Source: Bacteroidota bacterium
Lineage (GTDB): Bacteria > Bacteroidota > Bacteroidia > Bacteroidales > Prolixibacteraceae
Assembly (NCBI GenBank): GCA_013203755.1
Contig: JABMPI010000636.1
Coordinates: 1 to 35,504, forward strand
Direction of reading: 5' to 3'
DNA: 35,504 nt
Part shown: piece by piece, positions 19,459 to 29,800 of the stretch
Position numbering within the stretch: the first letter of the stretch is position 1
Layout of the letters: each line of letters starts with the position of its first letter
Position numbers and translations under genes: made by a program
Notes under the pieces: model-generated
The model's database searches: none
Told to the model about the DNA's origin: nothing
Seen by the model: only the letters and a program-made list of their open reading frames with translations

Positions 19459-20130
19459 ATGCAACCTATAGAACAACGGGCAATGTCGCCTGAAATAATA
19501 AAAAAAATAGATGAAGCCGGAGTAATTGCTGTGCTGGTTATCGATGATGTTAAACATGCGGTTCCAGTTGCGAAAGCTTTGTTAAAAGGTGGTGTTAACG
19601 CTATTGAATTGACTTTGCGAACTCCCGCAGCAATTGAGGCAGCGCGTGCTATAAAAAGTGAAGTGCCAGAGATTACACTGGGAATTGGCACTGTACTTAC
19701 AATTGGCCAGGTAAAAGCTGCCGCAGAACTGGGAGCCGATTTTGCTGTTTCTCCCGGTTGCAATCCAAGAGTAATTGCCGCAGCCCGCGAACATGACTTA
19801 TCATTTGCCCCGGGAATTATGACACCCACAGATATTGAAATTGCAATAGAACAGGGTTGTCGTGTGTTGAAATATTTCCCGGCAGAAAGTTCGGGAGGAA
19901 TGAATCATCTTACAAATATGGTTGCTCCATATCAATACTTAGGTTTAAAATTTATTCCTCTGGGTGGTTTGAGTATGGCAAATGCCGCAAGCTATTTAGA
20001 ATCACCAATAATTACTGCAATTGGAGGTTCGTGGATTGCAAAACGCCCATTAATACAAGCTGAAAATTGGGAAGCAATTACAGAAAATGCAAAAGAGGTT
20101 AGAAAATTAATTACAGAAATCAGAAAATAA
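19459..20130 (+). CDS. eda: KDPG/KHG aldolase family (2-keto-3-deoxy-6-phospho-hexonate aldolase)
   Basis: IELTLRT, GIGTVL, FAVSPG, PGIMTPTDI, LKYFPAE (Schiff-base Lys), IPLGG, IGGSW. Confidence 0.92.
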   Translation: MQPIEQRAMSPEIIKKIDEAGVIAVLVIDDVKHAVPVAKALLKGGVNAIELTLRTPAAIEAARAIKSEVPEITLGIGTVLTIGQVKAAAELGADFAVSPGCNPRVIAAAREHDLSFAPGIMTPTDIEIAIEQGCRVLKYFPAESSGGMNHLTNMVAPYQYLGLKFIPLGGLSMANAASYLESPIITAIGGSWIAKRPLIQAENWEAITENAKEVRKLITEIRK

Positions 20131-20176
20131 AAAATTGATTTTTGTCTAAATGAAATTGGGATTAACTTAAAATTAG

Positions 20177-20244
20177 TACTCTCTTTTCTCCCTCTCTACG
20201 CGTAGAGAGGGACGATTACATTGCAGATGTAATCAGGGTGAGTA
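20177..20244. repeat. REP-like double-hairpin element between eda and kdgK
   Basis: Perfect 24-bp palindrome tccctctctacgcgtagagaggga (20189-20212); second hairpin gattacat/atgtaatc (20214-20234); outer tactc/gagta. Confidence 0.7.
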
Positions 20245-20329
20245 ATGTTATAGATTATAAAGTTATTTTAAAATTGGAAAAGCCTATTGTTTTGTTGTAA
20301 AACTAATGGGATTTGTAAAACTAATAAAC

Positions 20330-21421
20330 ATGAAAACGATAGTAACATTTGGCGAGATAATGGGTCGTTTTTGTCCCGATGAATTTCAACGTTTCAAACA
20401 AAGTATGCCGGGCAGGCACAACCTAACTTTTGCAGGTGCAGAAGCAAATGTTGCAGCATCAATTTCAATGTTAGGCGGAAAAGCATGTTTTGTTACCGCT
20501 TTGCCAGATAATGATATAATCGATGCTTGTATTTCAACCTTAAAAGGAATTGACATTGATGTTTCTGGAATAAAAAAGGTAAACTACGGACGACTTGGGC
20601 TTTACTTTGTTGAACGTGGCGCCAATCAACGTCCAAGCAGGGTAATTTACGACCGCGATTATTCATCGGTATCTCTAACTCCCGGTTCAGCTTACGATTG
20701 GAAAAATATTTATGCCGATGCTGGCTGGCTGCACACAACCGGAATTACACCTTCACTTTCAGAAATTTCAGCAGAAGCTACAGAAACTGCCGTTAGAAAA
20801 GCAAAAGCTACAGGACTTACCGTTTCGTGTGATCTTAATTTCCGTAAAAAATTGTGGCAGTGGAAACCTGGAACTTCCGCCTCTGAATTGGCACAGGAAA
20901 CCATGCGCAAAATACTTCCTTTTGTGGATATGGTAATTGCTAATGAGGAAGATGCACACGATGTTTTGGGTATTTTAGCAGAAAATGCCGATGTTGAAGG
21001 AGGGAAATTGGATGCAAGTAAATATACCGATGTGGCAAAAGAAATTGTAAAGCAGTTCCCAAATGTAAAAAAAGTGGCCATTACTTTACGCGAAAGTATT
21101 TCTGCTACTCACAACAATTGGGGAGCAATGTTATATGATGCTGAATCAGGACTGTCTTATTTTACACCACTTGAAAATGGGGAATACACTCCATACGAAA
21201 TCAAAAATATTGTTGACCGTGTTGGGGGTGGCGACTCATTTGGTGCAGGTTTGGTTTTTGCAATGAATACACCAGAATTGGCAAATCCAGAAGACGCTAT
21301 TCGTTTTGCGGTGGCATCATCTTGTTTGTGTCACTCAATAAATGGCGACTTTAACTATGTGTCACGAAGTGAGGTAGAATCTTTGATGGGAGGAAGTACT
21401 TCGGGGCGGGTGGTACGATAA
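20330..21421 (+). CDS. kdgK: PfkB-family 2-keto-3-deoxy-hexonate (KDG-type) kinase
   Basis: MKTIVTFGEIM, GAEANVA, GRLGLYF.E.GA.QRPS.VIYDR, DLNFRKKLW, IANEEDA, VDRVGGGDSF. ATG 20330 is preferred over 20306. Confidence 0.9.
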   Translation: MKTIVTFGEIMGRFCPDEFQRFKQSMPGRHNLTFAGAEANVAASISMLGGKACFVTALPDNDIIDACISTLKGIDIDVSGIKKVNYGRLGLYFVERGANQRPSRVIYDRDYSSVSLTPGSAYDWKNIYADAGWLHTTGITPSLSEISAEATETAVRKAKATGLTVSCDLNFRKKLWQWKPGTSASELAQETMRKILPFVDMVIANEEDAHDVLGILAENADVEGGKLDASKYTDVAKEIVKQFPNVKKVAITLRESISATHNNWGAMLYDAESGLSYFTPLENGEYTPYEIKNIVDRVGGGDSFGAGLVFAMNTPELANPEDAIRFAVASSCLCHSINGDFNYVSRSEVESLMGGSTSGRVVR

Positions 21422-21525
21422 AATGATTGCTATGAATGAGCATGCAGGAATGCTTCACAAACATGCATAATTAAAAAGGGAGTGGCAGGCATCGAATACA
21501 TTTGAAAACTTACAATTTTAATCAT

Positions 21526-22965
21526 ATGAAAAAAATAATTTTATTAATTGGTCTTACTGCAACGATTTGCACCGCGTTAATTTTAGGTTGTAAACATTAT
21601 GAAAGTGCCAAAAACAATCAAACTATAGAAATATCTCAGCAGCCAAATTTAATTGTTATAATGGCCGATGACCTTGGTTACGCCGATGTTGGGTTTAACG
21701 GCTGTAAAGATATTCCCACACCAAATATCGACAGGATTGCAGAAAATGGCGTAATGTGCACCAACGCTTACACAACATACTCTGTGTGCTCGCCAAGTAG
21801 GGCTGGTTTTATTACCGGGCGCTATCCTCAGCGTTTTGGTTACGAGCGAAATGTACAATACCGGGTAAACGACCCCGAAATGGGGCTTTCGAAAGATGAG
21901 GCAACTTTGGCAACATTCCTAAAGCAGGCAGGTTATAAATCTGGCGTAATCGGGAAATGGCATCTTGGAGCACATCAGTCGAACCATCCATTAAACAGGG
22001 GCTTTGATGAGTTTTACGGACACCTTGGGGGTGGACACCGCTACTTTTCTGAAGAGTTGGTAATTGACGATAGTTATGCTGCGGTTGATGAGCCTGAAAG
22101 TTATAGAACATGGATTATGCGAAACCACGGACATGAAAAAACAGATGAATACTTGACCGATGAGTTTTCGAATGAAGCAGTGCAATTTGTCGTGCGACAT
22201 AAGGATGAGCCCTTCTTTTTATATTTGTCATACAACGCGCCCCATGCACCAATGCAGGCTACTGAAAAATACCTCTCGCGGTTCCCAAATATAGAGGACA
22301 TCAAAAGAAAAACTTATGCGGCAATGGTTAGTGCTGTCGATGATGGAGTAGGTAATCTTCTCAATAAGCTGGCAGAGTTGGATATCGAAGAAAACACCAT
22401 TGTCATTTTTCTTTCAGATAATGGCGGACCGGAAAAAAATAATGCATCCGATAACGGAATTCTTCGCGAAGGCAAAGGATCAGTTTACGAAGGTGGTTTT
22501 AGAGTTCCTTTTGCAATTCAATACAAGGCAAAGTTTGACAAAGGAGTTTACAACAAGCCAATATCAGCTTTAGATATTTATGCAACAATGGCAGCCATTA
22601 CAGCAACGCCAGAAAATCCAAATAAACCGTTGGACGGTGTAAATCTTATCCCGTACATTACTGGGGAAAACAAAGAGGTTCCGCACGAAACAATCTATTT
22701 GCGAAAGTTCGATCAGAACCGTTTTGCTGTTCGGAACAACGATTACAAATTGGTAACATTTAATAATGGTTCTGTAAAAGAGCTTTATAATCTCAAGGAA
22801 GATATAAGTGAGAGTAAAAACATAATTGGCGATTTTCCTGAAATTGCAAACCAGATTGATACAATAAGAGGGGAGTGGGCAAAACAGTTAATAGACCCTG
22901 CATTTTTAGGATTAATACATACCGATGCCTGGCAAAAATCAGGAAAAAAAGGAAAGAAAAAATAG
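21526..22965 (+). CDS. S1 sulfatase, Cys-type, predicted lipoprotein; close paralog of 106..1521 (S1_19-like)
   Basis: ILGC lipobox; ADDLGYADVGFNGCKDIPTPNIDRIA, CSPSRAGFITGRY, RKTYAAMVSAVDDGVG. ATG 21526 is preferred over TTG 21502. Confidence 0.92.
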   Translation: MKKIILLIGLTATICTALILGCKHYESAKNNQTIEISQQPNLIVIMADDLGYADVGFNGCKDIPTPNIDRIAENGVMCTNAYTTYSVCSPSRAGFITGRYPQRFGYERNVQYRVNDPEMGLSKDEATLATFLKQAGYKSGVIGKWHLGAHQSNHPLNRGFDEFYGHLGGGHRYFSEELVIDDSYAAVDEPESYRTWIMRNHGHEKTDEYLTDEFSNEAVQFVVRHKDEPFFLYLSYNAPHAPMQATEKYLSRFPNIEDIKRKTYAAMVSAVDDGVGNLLNKLAELDIEENTIVIFLSDNGGPEKNNASDNGILREGKGSVYEGGFRVPFAIQYKAKFDKGVYNKPISALDIYATMAAITATPENPNKPLDGVNLIPYITGENKEVPHETIYLRKFDQNRFAVRNNDYKLVTFNNGSVKELYNLKEDISESKNIIGDFPEIANQIDTIRGEWAKQLIDPAFLGLIHTDAWQKSGKKGKKK

Positions 22966-22976
22966 ATTAGGATGTT

Positions 22977-24605
22977 ATGAAGCGAATAATATTAAATATA
23001 TTTTTTATTACTGCAATTTTACTTGCCAGTTGTACCTCAAATAGAATAAAAGAGAAAGATGAAAAGAGTTCGTCGAATCCAAATGTTGTTTTAATCGTAA
23101 TTGACGACTTGAATGACTATCAGGGATGTTTTGGAGGTCATCCACAGGCGCTTACTCCCAACATTGATAAACTGGCAAATTCAGGTGTTCGTTTTGTAAA
23201 TGCACAAACAAATATCGGTTTGTGCAATCCGTCTCGAAATAGTTTGTTTACAGGTGTTTCTCCGCATCATTCAAGAAATTTTGGTTTAGACAAAAAAACC
23301 ACGCAAGAACTATTCAGGAATAATAAAACCATAATGGAACGATTTTCTGAAAATGGATATTATGTAATGGGAAGTGGAAAATTACTGCACTCAAACCAAC
23401 TAAAACTATGGGATGAATGGGGAGTGAATGTCAATAATTACGGACCATTTGCTTATGATGGCGCCAACCAGGTTGGGCATCCTTCAGTACCTCAGCCTTT
23501 CAGGAGTATTGGCGATGTGGACGGTTCCTTTGCACCAATGTCTGATGTGCCTGTTTTTTTCGAAAATGAGATAAAGGGTGAAAATCCGGGTTGGGCTTAC
23601 TCGGCGCGAGATAATAAAATATTTCATTACACCGATGAAAATAATCGCGATTTACTTCCGGATGAATTACATGCTCAATGGGCAGCTAAACGATTGAAAG
23701 AGATGGGTGAAGCGGGAAAAGAACAACCATTTTTTATGGGAATCGGATTTGTTCGTCCACATACGCCACTTTATGCACCGAAACGTTTTTTCGATATGTT
23801 TCCAATCGATGAACTTCAACTTCCTGTAATAATGGGAAACGATGTAGACGACACACATTACAAAGACAATTATCCGGTTGAACGAACCAAAGATGATAAA
23901 TGGTACGCCAACACCTCGAAAGGACAGATGTATTCCAAAATGCTAACCGAATCTTATAACGGCGATGAGGAAGAGGGTTTGAAACATTTTCTTCAAGCTT
24001 ATCTGGCTTGTGTTGCTTTTGCCGATGAACAAGTGGGAATTGTATTGGACGCTTTAAACAACAGTAAGTTCAAGGAGAATACAATTGTTGTTTTAACCAG
24101 CGACCATGGTTGGCAAATGGGGCAGAAACAATATCTGTTTAAAAATTCGCCATGGGAAAATAGCACACACATTCCTCTTGTAATTAAAGCTCCCGGAGTA
24201 AAAGAAAATAGCAAAGTTGAACAACCCGTTTCACTTGTCGATATCTATCCAACTTTAATAGACTTTTGTGCTCTCGAAGGAGACAATAAGAAAAACGATT
24301 CCGGCTTTTCAGTAGGTGGATTTAGTTTAAAACCTTTTCTTGAAAACCCAAATTCGAATGAGTGGGAAGGCCCGGACGGGGCGTTAACTGCAATTGCAAC
24401 AGATATTGTAGATTACGAATTCACAGCGCAAACTTTTGCATACAGAACACAGGATTATAGATATATACTTTACCCCAACGGACAGGAAGAATTATACGAT
24501 CTGAAAAACGACCCAAATGAGTGGACAAATCTGGCTTCGGATGTAAAATTAAATGAGAAGAAAAAGGAGCTAAAAGACAAGGTTTTGGCACTGATTCAAG
24601 ATTAA
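22977..24605 (+). CDS. S1 sulfatase, Cys-type, predicted lipoprotein; iduronate-2-sulfatase-like (S1_7-like)
   Basis: LLASC lipobox; IDDLND, CNPSRNSLFTG, GKLLH, GFVRPHTP, TSDHGW.MGQK..LFK, LVDIYPTL. Confidence 0.9.
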   Translation: MKRIILNIFFITAILLASCTSNRIKEKDEKSSSNPNVVLIVIDDLNDYQGCFGGHPQALTPNIDKLANSGVRFVNAQTNIGLCNPSRNSLFTGVSPHHSRNFGLDKKTTQELFRNNKTIMERFSENGYYVMGSGKLLHSNQLKLWDEWGVNVNNYGPFAYDGANQVGHPSVPQPFRSIGDVDGSFAPMSDVPVFFENEIKGENPGWAYSARDNKIFHYTDENNRDLLPDELHAQWAAKRLKEMGEAGKEQPFFMGIGFVRPHTPLYAPKRFFDMFPIDELQLPVIMGNDVDDTHYKDNYPVERTKDDKWYANTSKGQMYSKMLTESYNGDEEEGLKHFLQAYLACVAFADEQVGIVLDALNNSKFKENTIVVLTSDHGWQMGQKQYLFKNSPWENSTHIPLVIKAPGVKENSKVEQPVSLVDIYPTLIDFCALEGDNKKNDSGFSVGGFSLKPFLENPNSNEWEGPDGALTAIATDIVDYEFTAQTFAYRTQDYRYILYPNGQEELYDLKNDPNEWTNLASDVKLNEKKKELKDKVLALIQD

Positions 24606-24620
24606 ATCTAAATTGTATTA

Positions 24621-24666
24621 AGCTCTGAAAGAGCGAAAGCTATTAGCCCAGGGCATCGCCGTGGGT
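24621..24666. repeat. REP-like twin-hairpin element
   Basis: gctct-gaa-agagc (24622-24634) and cccagggc-atc-gccgtggg (24647-24665, one mismatch); GC-rich patch in an AT-rich spacer. Confidence 0.65.
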
Positions 24667-24806
24667 ATAGAAGGAGAAGAGAGATTGCCCCACGTTCCGA
24701 CCTAAATAATAAAATGAACGTTGCATGGGGCAAAATAATAAGACCTAAATCGAAGAAGGAATAACGAATTTCATAATCTAAAAACAAGCAATCTAAAACA
24801 AAACCT

Positions 24807-25112
24807 ATGTATAAACATGTAGTATTCTGGAAAATTAAGGAAGAAGTAAACGGAGTTTCAAAAAATGAAATAGTTGCAGAAGTAATGCAGAAATTAAAGG
24901 CTCTTCCTGCTGTTATCCCTGAAATTAAAGAGTACGAAGTTGCAGAAAACATTGGCGACTACGGAGCATCGTTTTTTGATGTCTGTTTAATTTCTGTCTT
25001 TGAGAATAAAGATACATTTTGGAATTACACAAAATATCCCGAGCACGATGTTGTAGTAGAATTCATATAATCCGTTCAGGAAGCGGAAGAGATTGTTGAT
25101 TTTGAATTTTAA
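24807..25112 (+). pseudogene. Dabb (stress-responsive A/B barrel) protein with in-frame premature stop at 25068-25070
   Basis: MYKHVVFWK...LKALPAVIPEI...FDVCLISVF....YTKYPEH. After TAA the same frame continues SVQEAEEIVDFEF* to 25112, the VD(F/Y)E-type ending expected for the family. Confidence 0.75.
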
Positions 25113-25192
25113 TTCCAATTGATGATGTGAAATGAGCATGTTGTAAAGCTGTTTTCGGAATTCGGCAAAAATCCCTATCATTGTATTACTGG

Positions 25193-25750
25193 ATGACTTC
25201 ATTCGAAAGAATATATACAGAGCATTACCACTATTTATTTCTCTACAGCCTGAAGTTTGTAGAAAATGATAACGATGCACACGACATTGTGCAAGAAGTA
25301 TTTGTGTCTGTTTGGGAAAAAGAAAAATATAAACTGGAAAAAACACATCTAAAATCCTATTTGTTTAACTCGGTGCGTAATAGTTGTTTCAACTATTTGA
25401 AACACCAAACTATTGTTAGGAAGCATGTTGAAGAAGAACATGATTCGCTAAAAATGCATGAATTAGATTTTTACAAGAGTGGTGAAAAATCGCTTATTGA
25501 AAAAGAAGATCTTGAAAAGATATATGCTGCCATAGATTCTTTATCAGACAATTATAAGGAAATAATTCAGCTTAGTAGATTTGAAGGATTAAAAAATAAA
25601 CAGGTTGCAGAACAATTGAAAATCCCGGGAAGAACGGTTGAAACCCGTTTGTTTAGAGCATTAAACAAACTTCGCGAAATACTATCCGATAAACAAATCT
25701 TCATTTTATTTAATCTGTCTGTTAGAAAAGAGAAAAAAAATAATTTTTAG
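25193..25750 (+). CDS. ECF-type RNA polymerase sigma-70 factor (Bacteroidota PUL type)
   Basis: FERIY, AHDIVQEVFVSVW, KSYLFNSVRN..FNYLKH, LSRFEGLKNKQVAEQLKI..RTVE. The start is uncertain (TTG 25181 or ATG 25193). Confidence 0.92.
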   Translation: MTSFERIYTEHYHYLFLYSLKFVENDNDAHDIVQEVFVSVWEKEKYKLEKTHLKSYLFNSVRNSCFNYLKHQTIVRKHVEEEHDSLKMHELDFYKSGEKSLIEKEDLEKIYAAIDSLSDNYKEIIQLSRFEGLKNKQVAEQLKIPGRTVETRLFRALNKLREILSDKQIFILFNLSVRKEKKNNF

Positions 25751-25803
25751 TGACGTAGTTTTTTGAGTTGAGTTGTATTGATAATACTACACAACAAAAA
25801 AGG

Positions 25804-26793
25804 ATGAGTCAGATTAAAGATATTGAACAACTTATTGCACGTTATTTAAACGGTGAATGTAATGTTAGCGAGCGGAATGAATTATTGAGTTGGATAGATA
25901 CATCGGAGGCGAATAAAAAGCTTTTTTATCGTATTAAGGATGTTTGGGATGCATCGTTGAAAAAAGAGGACCGCGCACACCAGGCATTATTTCATTTTTA
26001 TAAACAACAGGCAACAAAAAATAATCAATCACAAAAAGTTATCCAATTATGGAAGCGGGTTGCAAGTGTTGCAGCAGTATTCGTTGTTGGTCTGGTATCA
26101 ATAGTTTTATTGAATACTCAATTAGGAACTGACAATAGCATGGTTACTTTTAAAGTTCCACTGGGATCGCGCTCGGAAGTAATGCTGGCTGACGGAAGCC
26201 AAGTCGTACTAAATTCCGGTTCAGAAATTACCTATCCCGCTACATTTAACTCAAAACAACGGGAAGTTACCTTAAGCGGGGAAGCGTTCTTCAAGGTGAA
26301 ATCAGATAAGAATCATCCCTTTATTGTAAAAACTTCCGATTTTAATGTGCACGTAAGCGGTACACAGTTTAATGTCTGTAGTTATACCGATAATAATTAT
26401 TCATCGCTTACACTTGCCGAAGGTAAAGTTGGAATTCAGTTTTCAGGTAAGGATGAGTTGGTGGATGTATCTCCGGGTGAAAAATTGAATATTAATAGGG
26501 AGAATAGAAAATATCATATTTCAGAAACTGAAGTAGAGACAGCTTTTGCATGGAAAGACGGAGAATTTTGTTTTAAAGAAACTGCTTTCCCTGAATTGAT
26601 AAAACGCCTGGAACGATGGTACGATGTAACCCTGACCTATTCAGCACCGGAACTTGAAGAGATGGAATATAGCGGACGATTCAAAAACCAGGAATCCATT
26701 TGGCAGGTATTGGATGCCTTAAAATTGACCTCCCCAATTAATTATAAAAAACAAGGATTTAGAGAATTTAAAATTATATATCAGCCTATGTAA
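25804..26793 (+). CDS. FecR-family anti-sigma factor
   Basis: LIARYLNGE...E..EL..W, single TM (VASVAAVFVVGLV), LADGSQVVLNSGS, REVTLSGEAFFKV, V.GTQFNV, AWKDG, LERWYDV. ATG 25804 is preferred. Confidence 0.92.
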   Translation: MSQIKDIEQLIARYLNGECNVSERNELLSWIDTSEANKKLFYRIKDVWDASLKKEDRAHQALFHFYKQQATKNNQSQKVIQLWKRVASVAAVFVVGLVSIVLLNTQLGTDNSMVTFKVPLGSRSEVMLADGSQVVLNSGSEITYPATFNSKQREVTLSGEAFFKVKSDKNHPFIVKTSDFNVHVSGTQFNVCSYTDNNYSSLTLAEGKVGIQFSGKDELVDVSPGEKLNINRENRKYHISETEVETAFAWKDGEFCFKETAFPELIKRLERWYDVTLTYSAPELEEMEYSGRFKNQESIWQVLDALKLTSPINYKKQGFREFKIIYQPM

Positions 26794-26801
26794 AAAAAGA
26801 A

Positions 26802-26833
26802 AAGGTGGAATGTCGGCTAGGACAAACCACCTT
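26802..26833 (+). promoter_or_regulatory. Stem-loop in the fecR-susC spacer
   Basis: aaggtgg (26802-26808) / ccacctt (26827-26833) with inner tgtc/gaca pair. Confidence 0.5.
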
Positions 26834-26877
26834 CGATAATCAATAATTATTAATCATCGTATTAACATTTCAAATTT

Positions 26878-29800
26878 ATGAAAAAAAAACGAATTCGTGG
26901 AAGTAGTGGCTCATTTGTCAACCTTCCCAAAATTTATCGAACTATGAAACTAATCTGTTTGTTTATGTTTGTTGCCTTATTTCAGGTTTCCGCTTCGAGT
27001 TACGCTCAGAGTGCAAAGCTAAATATTTCAGGGCAAAACTTAACACTTGAAAAGGTCTTCGAGTTAATTGAAGACCAGTCGGAATTCTCATTCATCTACA
27101 ACTTAAAGCAGATTGATTTAAGCAAAAAAGTGGATGTTGAATCTAAAAATCAAAAAGTTGAAAGAATACTAAACGAGGTTCTTGAAGGAACCGACATTGC
27201 CTATACTGTAAACGACCGCTTAATAGTGGTACATCGCGGTGGTGAGGCAAGTAGTTTGTTATCTTCAGTTACTCAGCAAAAATCGATTACCGGAAAAGTC
27301 ACCGATGCGCAGAGAGAACCACTTCCGGGAGTAACAGTAATAATTAAAGGTACTACAAGTGGTACAGTAACTAACTTTAACGGAGAATTCAACTTAAACA
27401 ATGTTACCTCCGAAAGTGCTTTGGTGTTTTCATTTGTAGGGATGACCACTCAAGAGCTTCTTGTTGGAAATCAAACTTCCGTTGACATAACTATGTTGGC
27501 TGATGCAATTGGTCTTGAAGAGGTGATAGCAGTTGGCTATGGTACTATGAAAAGGATGGATATTAGTGGTGCATCTGCCAGAGTTAGTACTACTGTATTC
27601 AAAGATCTTCCTTCAACTGATATTGCCCAATCAATGCAAGGTAGAGTGGCCGGTTTAGCAATTACCAGTAATTCAGGTTCGCCCGGTGCAAGTTCTAAAA
27701 TCAGAATTCGAGGAGGTAATTCAATGTTAGGGAATAACAACCCATTAATCGTTTTAGATGGTGTAGCTGTTAATATTGGGCTGAATGATATCAATCCAAA
27801 CGATATTGCATCACTCGATATTCTTAAAGATGCATCTTCAACAGCTATTTACGGTTCAAGAGGTGCAAATGGCGTTATTGTTATTACTACCAAAACAGGT
27901 AATTCCGATATACCACGCATTCAAATATCTACAAATTACTCTTTGGATCAGGTTGCCAATCGCTATGATATGCTTAATGCCGCCGATTTTGTGACTTTGA
28001 ATGACATTACTTTGACAGGCCCAAGTGCTGATACTGACTGGCAGGATCAGGTATTTCAAAATGGAATGACAAGTAATACCCAATTAAGCATAACAGGTGG
28101 TAACGAAAAATTGAAATATTTTTTATCGGGAAGTCTGGTTGATCAGGATGGACTAGTTAGAAATACAGGTTACCAGAAATATAACTTACGTTCGAATATT
28201 GATACAAAAATAAATGACAAGCTAAATGTTTCATTAAACCTTTCTGTTTCTAAAACCGAAAGAAACAATACGAATGATAATGCAGCATCTAAAGGAAGTA
28301 CAATATGGCAATCATTAATCTGGTCGCCTACCGAGCCGGTATTTAACGAAGATGGTTCATACAATAAAACAGACCAATATAGCTCAATCGGGCTTAACCC
28401 GTTTATGGTTGCAACCGAACGTCAGAACGATTTATTTGCTACGGCATTACTTGCTAACTCTAAAATCGACTATAAAATAACAGATAAGTTAACTTATAGT
28501 GCCATACTTGGTGCCGACGAAATTAAAACGGAGCGAGCCACTTTTACAAATCAATTTGTTAGTCCCACAACTGGTTCGTCCAGGTCTTATAATGGTAATT
28601 TCTTTTGGCAATTCACTAACTTTTTAACGTATAAGAACACTTTTAACGATGTTCATCGTATATCAGTAATGGCTGGCTTTGAGCAATCGCAAAATACAAC
28701 TAAAGGATTTAATGCGAATGGTAGTAATTTGGCCACAGAAACAGTTGGGTATCATAATCTAGCATTGAATGCTTCAGCCGCAATTGGTTCTTACTGGAGA
28801 CAATCGTCACTTAGGTCTTATCTTGGTCGTGCAACCTACTCGTTAAGAGATAAATATTTGTTAACCGCAACCTTTAGGATGGATGGCTCTTCAAAATTTC
28901 AGGATTCCAATAAATACAGTTCTTTTCCTTCGCTTGCTCTTGGTTGGAGAATTAGTGAAGAATCGTTTATGCAAAGTGCCGATAATATTGATAACTTAAA
29001 ATTACGTGCAAGTTGGGGAATTACAGGTAGTCAGGCAATTGCCCCATATGCAACTCTTGCTTTATTAACACCAAAAGCATATTCTTACGGAACCCCCAAT
29101 TTATTAACAGGTTATATGCCGAGTGGAGCTCCAAATCCTGACTTAATATGGGAAGAAACAACTCAAATTAATATTGGCGCCGATCTGTCGATGTTTAATG
29201 GAAGATTGAACGTTACGGCTGATTACTTTCAAAAGAATACCGATGGTTTGCTTCAGGCAAAAGCACTACCTGCATACAATGGCGGAGGTTCAATTATTTC
29301 AAATATCGGAGAGATAGAGAACAAAGGTATTGAATTGGCAATTGGTGGTGATATAATCCGGAAATCTGATTTTAGCTGGAATGCTGCTTTAAATTATTCA
29401 AAATTGAATAATAAAGTTTTATCAATTGGCGATGAAGAGCAGATCTTTCCGGGTGGAAACTATGCAAGTGGTTTTTTAAGTAGCAAGGTTTTTATTGTTA
29501 AACCTGGAGAATCGCTGGGAAGTTTATATGGATATAATTTCTTGGGCATCTGGCAACAAGAGGAAGCATCAGAAGCATTAAAGTATGGTAATGTACCAGG
29601 TGATTCCAAATATGAGGATTTGGATGGAAATTATATTATTGATGGAGGAGATCAGAAAATAATAGGAAAAGGTTTGCCTGACTTCAATTGGGGTTTGAAT
29701 AATTCATTTTCGTATAAAGATTTTGATCTAAATATTATGATCGAAGGAGTTCACGGGCGAGATGTAATAAACCTTGGCTATGCTGGTGCAGGAGCTGCAG

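Noticed and set aside
24608-24952. 114-aa minus-strand ORF across the REP-like element
   Set aside because: Antisense to the Dabb gene, with no transposase or other motif.
25068-25070. Stop-codon reassignment or programmed readthrough
   Set aside because: TAA terminates most genes in the window; a single case fits mutation or error better.
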